A stretch of 64,000 nt of DNA, taken from IMG/VR virus record IMGVR_UViG_3300022752_000016; one strand, given 5' to 3'. The translations under genes and the position numbers were made by a program. Below the pieces are notes generated by a model. The model had not been told where the DNA came from and did no database searches. It was given only the letters and a program-made list of their open reading frames with translations. This DNA comes from a virus (Duplodnaviria > Caudoviricetes). Each line of letters starts with the position of its first letter. Position 1 is the first letter of the stretch. Shown in pieces: positions 30,612 through 39,265 of this stretch.

Positions 30612-31157
30612 ATGAAGGAAAAATTATTACTAGAAGGTCTTGATTACCATGATATGATGGGACAGATAGAACCAAAAATTACAGTGGATGAATATGCTGC
30701 AAAAATGGGTAAAGATAGTGATATTGTTACTATAACATTTACAGTAAATAGTAAATTAGCGGGAGATGATTTAGTTGGTTGGCTTGAGCGTGGATATGAT
30801 TATATACTAGATGCAAGTATTAGCGATGGTGAAATTGAACCTGGCAAATATTTAGTATTTGCAGAAATGAATCGTAGAACAACAGTTCCTGAGCGTATTA
30901 TAACTATACTTGACGATTTACAAACATTAACAGATTTAAAGTTAACTGATTGGATTGTAAGTGTAGAGGAAGAAGAACATGATGCTGACAGTGAATTATT
31001 AAAACAAGTAATAGTACTATCTCCACATGAATATAAAAAAGAAAAAGAAAAAGAAGAAGAATTAAATGAATATCGTGAATTGTCAGGACTAAATGTTAAA
31101 AAACTGTATGAAGATGATGAGTATATAAAAAGAATAAAATCAATGGCTGGAATGTAA
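30612..31157 (+). CDS. Hypothetical protein, possibly head-associated
   Basis: 181 aa; begins MKEKLLLE|G and ends 'IKSMAGM', like the C-terminal motif of the 9984 protein. Confidence 0.7.
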   Translation: MKEKLLLEGLDYHDMMGQIEPKITVDEYAAKMGKDSDIVTITFTVNSKLAGDDLVGWLERGYDYILDASISDGEIEPGKYLVFAEMNRRTTVPERIITILDDLQTLTDLKLTDWIVSVEEEEHDADSELLKQVIVLSPHEYKKEKEKEEELNEYRELSGLNVKKLYEDDEYIKRIKSMAGM

Positions 31158-31158
31158 A

Positions 31159-31668
31159 ATGTATTTACCAAAGCGTTACACTGAAGAAGAAATGCTAGTA
31201 ATTACACGTAATGATGAGCATTATGAGGCCATTTGCTCAGATAAGGAGTTTTACGATAAAATGCAACAATATAATCAAATGGCTAACCAGCAATTAAACT
31301 TAACACAATCTGGAAATAATGCAGCACAAAACGCAGAGGTTTTGGTAAAAAATAGTAAAGAAAGTGAAGATTGGATAAATAAAAAATGGCGTCCAAGTAT
31401 GGGTTGGATGTATATGGCAGTTTGTATTACTGATTTTATTTTATTTCCAATATTATGGTCATTGTTACAAGCATTAAGCAAAGGGCAGGTCACTAGCCAA
31501 TGGCAACCATTAACATTAATGGGAGCAGGTCTTTTTCATATAAGTATGGGGGCGATACTTGGAATAGCTGTATATGGCAGGACTAAAGAAAAAATTGAAA
31601 ATGCTACCAATATGTCTACTAACCTAAATTTTCCAAACAATAACCAAGGATCAAATTTATCTAAATAA
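31159..31668 (+). CDS. Holin-like membrane protein (3TM holin family)
   Basis: 'KWRPSMGWMYMAVCITDFILFP...QWQPLTL.GAGLFH..MGA.LG...YGRTKEK' pattern with hydrophobic segments. Confidence 0.7.
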   Translation: MYLPKRYTEEEMLVITRNDEHYEAICSDKEFYDKMQQYNQMANQQLNLTQSGNNAAQNAEVLVKNSKESEDWINKKWRPSMGWMYMAVCITDFILFPILWSLLQALSKGQVTSQWQPLTLMGAGLFHISMGAILGIAVYGRTKEKIENATNMSTNLNFPNNNQGSNLSK

Positions 31669-31683
31669 ATGTTATACTAGGTA

Positions 31684-32469
31684 ATGAATTATTATAATAT
31701 ATTAGGCATAGACAAAAAAGCTACGCCTGATGACATAAAAAAAGCATATAGAAGATTAGCTAGCCAGCATCATCCTGATAAAGGAGGAGATACTTCCAAA
31801 TTTCAAGAAATACAAACAGCATATGAAACTTTATGCGATCCTGTTAAAAAACAACAATATGATAATCCTGTGCATATAAGAGGACAAAATGGATTTGAAT
31901 TTAATTTTAATCCAGACAATATAAATGATATTTTGCATCAATTTGGTGGAATACATAATATTTTTAATCAAAATAGAGGGCTGCAAACTTTTAGAACTAT
32001 AGTACAACTATCTTTAATGGATGCTTATCAAGGGGTTAAAAAAGCTTTGCAAATACACACAAATACTGGATCAAGTATAATAAGTATTGATATACCAAAA
32101 GGCATCATGTCAGGACAGCAAATTAAATATGAACAATTGATTCCCAATGCCAATTTATTGGTTGAATTTGTAGTACAACCTGATTTACACTATGATAGGC
32201 AAATGCATGATTTGTATTCAAATGTTCCTATTTCTATATTTAAGTTAATAACTGGAACTACTTTGAATTTTACTACAATTTCGGGGAAAATGTTAGAGAT
32301 TGAAGTAAAGCCAATAACACAACCACACATGCAATTAAAATTAATTGGTCAAGGTATGCCTATTATAAATTCTTCTAAATTTGGTGACCAAATACTATTG
32401 CTTAAACCATTTATACCTGATACTATACACAGTGATATAGTAGATATTTTGAATAAACACAAAGAGTAA
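31684..32469 (+). CDS. dnaJ: DnaJ-class co-chaperone (J domain plus C-terminal domain, no Zn finger)
   Basis: 'NYYNILG...DIKKAYRRLASQHHPDKGGD..KFQEIQTAYETL' (HPD motif) and C-terminal 'GQGMP...GDQ'. Confidence 0.9.
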   Translation: MNYYNILGIDKKATPDDIKKAYRRLASQHHPDKGGDTSKFQEIQTAYETLCDPVKKQQYDNPVHIRGQNGFEFNFNPDNINDILHQFGGIHNIFNQNRGLQTFRTIVQLSLMDAYQGVKKALQIHTNTGSSIISIDIPKGIMSGQQIKYEQLIPNANLLVEFVVQPDLHYDRQMHDLYSNVPISIFKLITGTTLNFTTISGKMLEIEVKPITQPHMQLKLIGQGMPIINSSKFGDQILLLKPFIPDTIHSDIVDILNKHKE

Positions 32470-32477
32470 ATATAATT

Positions 32478-34736
32478 ATGAATTCACCTGAAATTGAAAC
32501 CATTATTGAGCAGGCTATAATAGTTGCCAAAGAAAAGCAACATGAATATGTTACTATTGAACATTTATTGTTGGCATTAATTAATTATTATCCATTTAAA
32601 AAATGTTTAAACACATTTAATGTTGATGTAGATGGCTTAGCTAGAGAAATAAACTCATATTTAGATTCTCTAAATGCGATAAAAGTAAATGAAGAGGTTC
32701 AACCTAAAAAAACAAATAGTTTAGAACGTGTAATGAATCGTAGTGTAACCCAAGTTTTGTTTACTGGTCGTAGACAGGTTACAACAATAGACTTATATCT
32801 AAGTATTGCACTTGAAGGTAATAGTCATGCACATTATTTTTTATTAAAATATGGTATTAATAAAACAGAATTTGTACAGCATTGGCAGCGTAATTACAAA
32901 CCTAATGAATATAGTTCAAACTTAACAGAAGTACAAGCTGATGAAATACTTAACGAATATACCACAAACCTAACAAAACTTGCCAAAGCAGATAAACTTG
33001 AGCCTGTAATTGGAAGAACCAAAGAAATTACTGACATTATTCATATATTAGCACGTAGGTTTAAATCCAACGTGCTAATGGTAGGAGATCCAGGTGTGGG
33101 GAAAACTGCTATAGCAGAAGGTATCGCTAATGCTATTGTAAAAAATGAAGTTCCAGATTTTCTAAAAAACTACGAATTATTTAGTTTAGAAATAGGTAGT
33201 TTATTGGCAGGAAGTCGTTATAGAGGTGACTTTGAAGAAAAAGTAAAACATGTTATTGATGCATTAAACACCAAAAAGAAAGCTATTTTATTTGTTGATG
33301 AAGCACACACGATGACGAATAGTGGATCGTCTTCACAAGGGTCCCTAGACTTTGCTAACTTGATTAAACCTGCACTTACTAAGGGAACAATTAAAATAAT
33401 TGCAAGTACAACATGGGAAGAATTTTACGAAAGTTTTGAAAAAGATAGGGCATTTATGCGTAGATTTTATAAAATTAATATAGATGAGCCTAATTATGAA
33501 TCTACAATTAGAATTTTGTCTGGATTAAGTGAAAGATTGAATGATTTTCATAATGTTAAAATTACAGATGATGCTATCCTAGCGGCTGTTGACTCATCAA
33601 CTAGATATATTAATGATAAAAAAAACCCAGATAAGTCAATTGATTTATTGGACGCAGCATGTGCGAAACAACGAGCACTTGGAAATAAGGATTGTGAAAT
33701 TACAAAACAATTAATTTTTGAACAAGTTGAAAAATACACAGGAGTTCCTGCCGATAAATTGAATGGGGATAACTTAGATAAAGTAAATAATCTAGAAGTA
33801 AACATAAAATCAAAGCTGTATGGACAAGATAAAACTGTAGAACAAGTTCTTGAACGAGTTTATATTAGCTTTGCTGGAATAGGTAACGAAACTAAACCAA
33901 TATCAAGTTTTTTATTTTTAGGTCCAACTGGTACAGGTAAAACAGAACTTGCAAAACTTTTAAGTAAGAATCTTGATATGCCCTTACTTAAATATGATAT
34001 GAGTGAATATAGCGAAAAACATAGTGTAAGTTCTCTAATAGGTCCTCCCCCAGGATATGTTGGATTTAATGATAGTCAAGTGCAAGGTGGTAGATTAATT
34101 AGTGATTTAAGTAAAAATCCACATTCTGTTATGTTATTTGATGAAGTGGAAAAAGCTCATCCTGATATTTTTAATATATTTTTACAAATGTTGGATGAAG
34201 GTACCATTACTGGAAGCAATGGAAAAATAGTTAGTTGTAAAAATGCTATTATAATTTTAACTAGTAATTTAGGTAGTGCGGATAGTGAAAAAAATAATAT
34301 TGGTTTTGGTGCACAGGAAAAAACTGGAGAAGATGATAGAGCACTACGTGAATTTTTTAAGCCTGAATTCAGAAATAGATTAGACATGGTTTGTAAATTT
34401 AATAAACTTGATACGTTAGCAATAAAAAAGATTGTGGTAAAATTTGTTAATGCACTTAAAACTACTTTAACAGACAAACATAATATAACTTTTAATTTAT
34501 CAGAACATGTAATTGAATTTTTAGCTAACCAAGGTTATGATAGTAAAATGGGTGCAAGACCATTATCAAGAAAAATTGATGAATTGATTCGTGTACCATT
34601 AAGTAAAAAAATTGTATTTGAAAAAATAAAAAATGCTAATGTAATGGCAGTTCTAATAGATGGTAATATTGTATTTGAAACAAATAAAAAAGTTAATGCT
34701 AAAATAGGAGACGATGGAGTCATCGAGGTATTTTAA
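32478..34736 (+). CDS. clpA: ClpA-like AAA+ unfoldase (Clp protease ATP-binding subunit)
   Basis: Clp N-domain; two NBDs ('GDPGVGKT'/'LFVDEAH' and 'GPTGTGKT'/'LFDEVEKAH'); 'GSRYRGDFEE'; ClpP-docking 'IGF' loop; 'PEFRNRLD'; 'MGARPL'. Confidence 0.92.
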   Translation: MNSPEIETIIEQAIIVAKEKQHEYVTIEHLLLALINYYPFKKCLNTFNVDVDGLAREINSYLDSLNAIKVNEEVQPKKTNSLERVMNRSVTQVLFTGRRQVTTIDLYLSIALEGNSHAHYFLLKYGINKTEFVQHWQRNYKPNEYSSNLTEVQADEILNEYTTNLTKLAKADKLEPVIGRTKEITDIIHILARRFKSNVLMVGDPGVGKTAIAEGIANAIVKNEVPDFLKNYELFSLEIGSLLAGSRYRGDFEEKVKHVIDALNTKKKAILFVDEAHTMTNSGSSSQGSLDFANLIKPALTKGTIKIIASTTWEEFYESFEKDRAFMRRFYKINIDEPNYESTIRILSGLSERLNDFHNVKITDDAILAAVDSSTRYINDKKNPDKSIDLLDAACAKQRALGNKDCEITKQLIFEQVEKYTGVPADKLNGDNLDKVNNLEVNIKSKLYGQDKTVEQVLERVYISFAGIGNETKPISSFLFLGPTGTGKTELAKLLSKNLDMPLLKYDMSEYSEKHSVSSLIGPPPGYVGFNDSQVQGGRLISDLSKNPHSVMLFDEVEKAHPDIFNIFLQMLDEGTITGSNGKIVSCKNAIIILTSNLGSADSEKNNIGFGAQEKTGEDDRALREFFKPEFRNRLDMVCKFNKLDTLAIKKIVVKFVNALKTTLTDKHNITFNLSEHVIEFLANQGYDSKMGARPLSRKIDELIRVPLSKKIVFEKIKNANVMAVLIDGNIVFETNKKVNAKIGDDGVIEVF

Positions 34737-35386
34737 TGTATAATCATGGTTTTCCTATAACTATTGTTGATAACTTTTTAGATGATCCCTATGAAACGGT
34801 AGAACTGGCTAACTCAGTAAATTATGAAATAGATACAGAAGGCCGATGGCCTGGAAAAAGGTCTGTACATGTAGGAGAATTTGCTCCTGTATTTTTTAAT
34901 CGTGTTATTAAAAAATTTATTTCACTATATTATGGATCGGAAAATAAGTATTCATTTTATGCCAGTATGTATTTTCAAAAAATTCCTTCAAATTTAAATG
35001 AAGGTTGGGTCCATGCGGATGTCCAAAGTTATGTAAATGGTATAATATATTTAAATCCCAAACCATCAATAAATGCAGGCACCTCTATTATTATGCCAAA
35101 TACTGTAAATTGGGATAATGCTATTAATATTGATGTAAAAAAGGAATGTTACAAAAACAGCAAAGATGATGAAATTGCAAGAGAAGAAAATAATTGTCAA
35201 TTTCATGAAAGTATTATTATAAAAAATAGATTTAATAGACTACTTGCATTTGATGGGCATATAAACCATAAAGCTAATTTTGAAAAGGATACAAAAAATA
35301 AAGAAAGACTTACTTTAGTGTTTTTCATAACACAATTTGTTTCTGAAAATCCTTTACCCTTACACAGATCAAGAATTTCATCATGA
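34736..35386 (+). CDS. Putative 2OG-Fe(II) oxygenase
   Basis: 'GWVHAD' (HxD), 'GIIYLNP', 'AGTSI', 'NRLLAFDG.INH', 'RLTLVFF'. Confidence 0.7.
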   Translation: MYNHGFPITIVDNFLDDPYETVELANSVNYEIDTEGRWPGKRSVHVGEFAPVFFNRVIKKFISLYYGSENKYSFYASMYFQKIPSNLNEGWVHADVQSYVNGIIYLNPKPSINAGTSIIMPNTVNWDNAINIDVKKECYKNSKDDEIAREENNCQFHESIIIKNRFNRLLAFDGHINHKANFEKDTKNKERLTLVFFITQFVSENPLPLHRSRISS

Positions 35387-36090
35387 ATATTGAAAATAGA
35401 AAAACATTATACTACAAAAAATATTTTTACAAAGCTAAGTTAGAAATACCATATGCAAGATACATGTCAATGTCAAAAACTTTTGGTGATTTTTGTGAAT
35501 TTGGATCTAGGTTTAGTATTAATTTTGAAAAAGTAGATAAAGTAATTACGCAAGAGTTTATTAACTTCATAAATTCATATGATAAAAAACAATTAATTAT
35601 TCGTATTGAAAATAAAAATGTAAGTATTTTTTGTAATGACCTAGATGTTCTTAAAACAACATCAAAACTATTTGGTAATCCTATATTTTATAAAGCAAAT
35701 GCGTATGATGAAAACGTTTTGGTATTTAAAAACTATCCAAAGCATAAATTTAGAACTTATGTAAAACAGGGTTATTTAAATAAAAGTCAAAAACATTTAT
35801 TATATGATTTTATTAATAATCATGTTAAGGATCGATTAGACAAAACAATATCTAAATCTTTTTATAGGAAAACATTTGATTTTATAAATCCATACAATGA
35901 ATATTGGCATGGATCACATTTTATTGATTATGATGATGAAAGTTTTAAAACATTGATTCACTTATTTATTGGAAACTTAGCTGGCAAAACCTATAAACTT
36001 GTTTGGGTTAATGATAAAGATAAATACTCTTATAAAACGGAGTGTTTAGATGGCGAAAATAGTAGAGGAAATGCTAGTCATAAAATTTAG
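35383..36090 (+). CDS. Hypothetical protein
   Basis: 235-aa ATGA-coupled ORF. Confidence 0.7.
   Translation: MNIENRKTLYYKKYFYKAKLEIPYARYMSMSKTFGDFCEFGSRFSINFEKVDKVITQEFINFINSYDKKQLIIRIENKNVSIFCNDLDVLKTTSKLFGNPIFYKANAYDENVLVFKNYPKHKFRTYVKQGYLNKSQKHLLYDFINNHVKDRLDKTISKSFYRKTFDFINPYNEYWHGSHFIDYDDESFKTLIHLFIGNLAGKTYKLVWVNDKDKYSYKTECLDGENSRGNASHKI
36019..36026 (+). promoter_or_regulatory. Late promoter-like GATAAATA
   Basis: Inside the end of the 35383 ORF, 23 nt before the small ORF at 36050. Confidence 0.55.
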
Positions 36091-36214
36091 TAAATTGGTA
36101 AAAGATTCAGAAAAGGTAGGATCACTTATAAACGATGAAACCTACCAAGCTTTAGAACAAGTTGTACAAGAATTAGTTGGCGACGGTATTGTAGTTGAGG
36201 TTATTAAAGAATAA
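36050..36214 (+). CDS. Small hypothetical protein (54 aa; not in the ORF track)
   Basis: MAKIVEEMLVIKFSKLVKD...ALEQVVQELVGDGIVVEVIKE*; RBS GGAG, late-promoter motif, TAATG coupling to the next gene. Confidence 0.75.
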   Translation: MAKIVEEMLVIKFSKLVKDSEKVGSLINDETYQALEQVVQELVGDGIVVEVIKE

Positions 36215-36600
36215 TGTCACAAGTAACTACATTAATTTTGTTACCACAAACTGCCTATGTAAATCCAGGTAATGGAGCTCCATATACAGTGACGGGAAAT
36301 AGTCAACCTGCTGCTGCTTATTTTTTAGGTAATCAAGATTTACAAACATTAAATTTGCGTGTTACAGAATGTACAGGCAATATTGTTTTAGAAGCAACAT
36401 TAGCAAGTAGTCCAACAAATACAGATTGGTTTAAGGTTTATGAACTTGAAGCCAATGCAAATGCACCTGCTAATAGTGCAAGTTATATAGCAAGTAATGC
36501 TAGTTTATATTCAAACATAGAGGGAAATTTTGTTTACGTAAGAGCCAAAATTGAAGATTTTCAAGGTGGAGCAGTTAATTACGTAAAAATTTCATATTAA
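36214..36600 (+). CDS. Hypothetical beta-rich protein (probably virion)
   Basis: 128 aa; late cluster. Confidence 0.7.
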   Translation: MSQVTTLILLPQTAYVNPGNGAPYTVTGNSQPAAAYFLGNQDLQTLNLRVTECTGNIVLEATLASSPTNTDWFKVYELEANANAPANSASYIASNASLYSNIEGNFVYVRAKIEDFQGGAVNYVKISY

Positions 36601-36621
36601 GTTTTTTTTAAAGAGGAAAGC

Positions 36622-36810
36622 ATGGAAACAGTAAATCAATTAAAAGAGCAGTTTGAAGCATTTATGAAAGAAAATGATAAATTTGTAGGTGGTAATAATG
36701 CTGCTGGAACAAGAGCAAGAAAAGCGTTAGCTGAAATGGCAAAACTTGTTAAAGCAAGACGTGGTGAAATCACAGAAGAAAAGAATGCACGTAAGGAAGC
36801 CAAAGCCTAA
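36622..36810 (+). CDS. Small basic histone-like (Hc1-like) DNA-binding protein
   Basis: 'ENDKFVGGNNAAGTRARKALAEM.KLVKARR.EI' pattern; RBS GAGGA. Confidence 0.7.
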   Translation: METVNQLKEQFEAFMKENDKFVGGNNAAGTRARKALAEMAKLVKARRGEITEEKNARKEAKA

Positions 36811-37617
36811 ATGAATGTTATAGCAGTTTATCCAGGTAGGTTTCATCCTTTCCATATAGGACATGCTGATAGTTATAAACAACTAGCAGATAAGTTTGGG
36901 AAAGATAATACTTATTTGGCATTAAGTGCTAAACAAGAACAACCTAAAAGCCCTTTTAGCACAATAGACCGTGCTAAAATGGCTATGGTGTTGGGTATTC
37001 CCAAAGAACAAATAATTAGTGTAACAAATCCATATTCCGCAAAAGAGTATATAGAAAGATTACAAAGCAAAGGTGGTGATCCTGAAAACACAGCAATTGT
37101 TTTTGGGGTAAGCAAAAAAGATATGGAAGGAGTTCCTGAACTTAATATTCCACCTGATCCTAGGTTTGAATTTAAGCCTAAAAAGGATGGTAGTCCAAGT
37201 TACTTACAGCCTTACACTGATAAACTTGAACCAATGACCAAACATGGATATGTATATAGTACTGATGTAAAAGAGTTTCCTATTGCAGGAGAAATGATGC
37301 GTGATGCCAGTACTATTCGCAAAGCATATCAAAACGCTGATGATAAAAAAGAATTAGAAATTTTACAAGATTTATATGGTAAAAACGCACATCTTGTTAA
37401 ATCAATTTTTGATACACATTTAAATTTAAACGAAAGTATTAAACGTTTTATCAATCGTATTACTCCATTGGTACATAGTGCATTACCTGAACAAAAAATT
37501 AAATTATTAAATCTTTTAAAAGAAGCTAAAGCTATGCAAAAAGCCAAAACTTTAGAACATGAATTGCATGAAACAAATACTATTATAGAAGATACGGATT
37601 ATTTAGAAGAAAAATAA
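36811..37617 (+). CDS. HxGH nucleotidyltransferase (cytidylyltransferase-like)
   Basis: 'YPGRFHPFHIGH' and the SAT/ST-type motif 'DASTIRK'. Confidence 0.8.
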   Translation: MNVIAVYPGRFHPFHIGHADSYKQLADKFGKDNTYLALSAKQEQPKSPFSTIDRAKMAMVLGIPKEQIISVTNPYSAKEYIERLQSKGGDPENTAIVFGVSKKDMEGVPELNIPPDPRFEFKPKKDGSPSYLQPYTDKLEPMTKHGYVYSTDVKEFPIAGEMMRDASTIRKAYQNADDKKELEILQDLYGKNAHLVKSIFDTHLNLNESIKRFINRITPLVHSALPEQKIKLLNLLKEAKAMQKAKTLEHELHETNTIIEDTDYLEEK

Positions 37618-37664
37618 TCAACGCTATTTTACACAGTAAATATGTCTATACTTATTGAGGACAT

Positions 37665-38546
37665 ATGTCAAACGAAGAAAACACAACAGAAAAAACAATT
37701 CCTGTAGAGGCAGTACAAGAATTAGTAGAGAACAAGCCTGCTGAAAATTCTGGTCCACAAGCTGGACAAGTACAAGTTAATGTAGACTTTTTAAAAACTA
37801 CAAAAGTGCATATTGCTATGCCCTGTTATGGTGGCATGTTAACAGAATCAACTTTTATGAGTTTTATTAAGTTTGCTAACATGGCAAGACAGTTGGGTAT
37901 TGATTGGACATTAGAAACAATGGTCAATGAATCATTAATTAGTCGTGCTAGAAATACATTAACTGCTAAATTTTTAGATATGCCAGAAGCCACGCATTTA
38001 TTCTTTGTAGATGCTGATATTGGGTGGGAGCCATGGCATTTGTTAGTATTATTAAATCGCAATGTTGACGTTATTGGAGGTTTATATCCAATGAAAACAA
38101 TGCCCATTAAATGGGTAGTAAATGGTTTTGAGGGTGCCGAAGAGGGTCCAGAAGGTTTACAAGAAGTAAGCAAAGCAGGCACAGGCTTTTTATTAATGAA
38201 AAAACATGTGTTTCACAAACTAAATAGTCACCCAGCAGTAAAACAATATAAGAATGATATTGGTTTAGATCCAAAATATGATCAACATTTAAAGACATAC
38301 TTTGATACTGCTGTAAGACAAAATCGCTATTATAGCGAAGATTGGACATTCTGTGAAAACTGGCGTGATTTAGGGGGAAAAGTTTATGTAGACAAACGTG
38401 TATTATTACGTCATAGCGGTAGTTATGTTTTTTGTATGGAAAATCAACAACATCTATTAAACACTGTTGGACCATTATATATGTCTGAAAAACGACAACA
38501 AGGAATGAAATTAATAGACAAAGACGGTAAAGAAATTACCGAATAA
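37665..38546 (+). CDS. GT-A fold glycosyltransferase-like protein
   Basis: 'VHIAMPCYGG', 'ESLISRARN', DxD 'FVDADIGW', 'GTGFLL', 'SEDWTFC', 'LRHSG'. Confidence 0.8.
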   Translation: MSNEENTTEKTIPVEAVQELVENKPAENSGPQAGQVQVNVDFLKTTKVHIAMPCYGGMLTESTFMSFIKFANMARQLGIDWTLETMVNESLISRARNTLTAKFLDMPEATHLFFVDADIGWEPWHLLVLLNRNVDVIGGLYPMKTMPIKWVVNGFEGAEEGPEGLQEVSKAGTGFLLMKKHVFHKLNSHPAVKQYKNDIGLDPKYDQHLKTYFDTAVRQNRYYSEDWTFCENWRDLGGKVYVDKRVLLRHSGSYVFCMENQQHLLNTVGPLYMSEKRQQGMKLIDKDGKEITE

Positions 38547-38549
38547 ATT

Positions 38550-38569
38550 AGCCCCGAAAGGGGCTTTTT
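38550..38569 (+). terminator. Rho-independent terminator AGCCCC-GAAA-GGGGCT-TTTT
   Basis: GC stem, GNRA loop, U-tract. Confidence 0.88.
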
Positions 38570-38587
38570 CTTGTTATAGCCAAATCT

Positions 38588-38595
38588 GATAAATA
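38588..38595 (+). promoter_or_regulatory. Late promoter-like GATAAATA
   Basis: After the terminator, upstream of the internal-protein operon. Confidence 0.6.
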
Positions 38596-38617
38596 CTCAT
38601 TATAACAGGATTTGGCT

Positions 38618-39265
38618 ATGAGAGCAACAGATTTAATGGAAATGGGTACTGTAGCAGGGGCATTTGCTACAGTAGCGAAGCCTATGGGCGAAACACAAAA
38701 ACGTGGTGTAAAAGTTGCTGGGTTACAACCAGCAGAAAAAGTTATGACTGGGAAGTCAAAGAAAAAAGGCCCATATCAAAATAGTATAAATGAAGGCAAA
38801 ATGAAAGATTTGTCATTAGACCTACGCAGTGATAAGGATGGTTTATCTGATATGGAATTTAAAAAGAAATATGGTAAAACCAAAGAAGAAATGCGTAAAT
38901 CTCTTAAAGCGAATAAAGAGAAAAAAGTTAATGAAGCTGAATTAAGTGAAGATGATATTATACTAGTGCCAGGGCAAGGTAGGAAATTTAAGACTGGTTT
39001 TGTCCCAAAAGGAGAAAGTAGAGTTGACCACGAAGTAGAAATGGCACGTAGTGATTTATTTCAAACAGCTAAAAATGCCCAACAAGTATATAAGTTAATA
39101 AAAAATTTAAGTGAAGATGATGGATTAGAAGGTTGGGTACAAGAGAAAATAATCAAAGCAAACGATTATTTAAATTCAGTACGTGAATATTTAGAACATA
39201 AAACTTATATGCAAGAAATGTCAGGTGGTGTTATTGCAGCAGGTGGCGTTGGCGAGTCAAAATGA
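38618..39265 (+). CDS. Putative capsid internal protein (modular)
   Basis: Starts MRATDLME|; INE|G, VNE|A and MQE|M sites separate basic modules. Confidence 0.65.
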   Translation: MRATDLMEMGTVAGAFATVAKPMGETQKRGVKVAGLQPAEKVMTGKSKKKGPYQNSINEGKMKDLSLDLRSDKDGLSDMEFKKKYGKTKEEMRKSLKANKEKKVNEAELSEDDIILVPGQGRKFKTGFVPKGESRVDHEVEMARSDLFQTAKNAQQVYKLIKNLSEDDGLEGWVQEKIIKANDYLNSVREYLEHKTYMQEMSGGVIAAGGVGESK

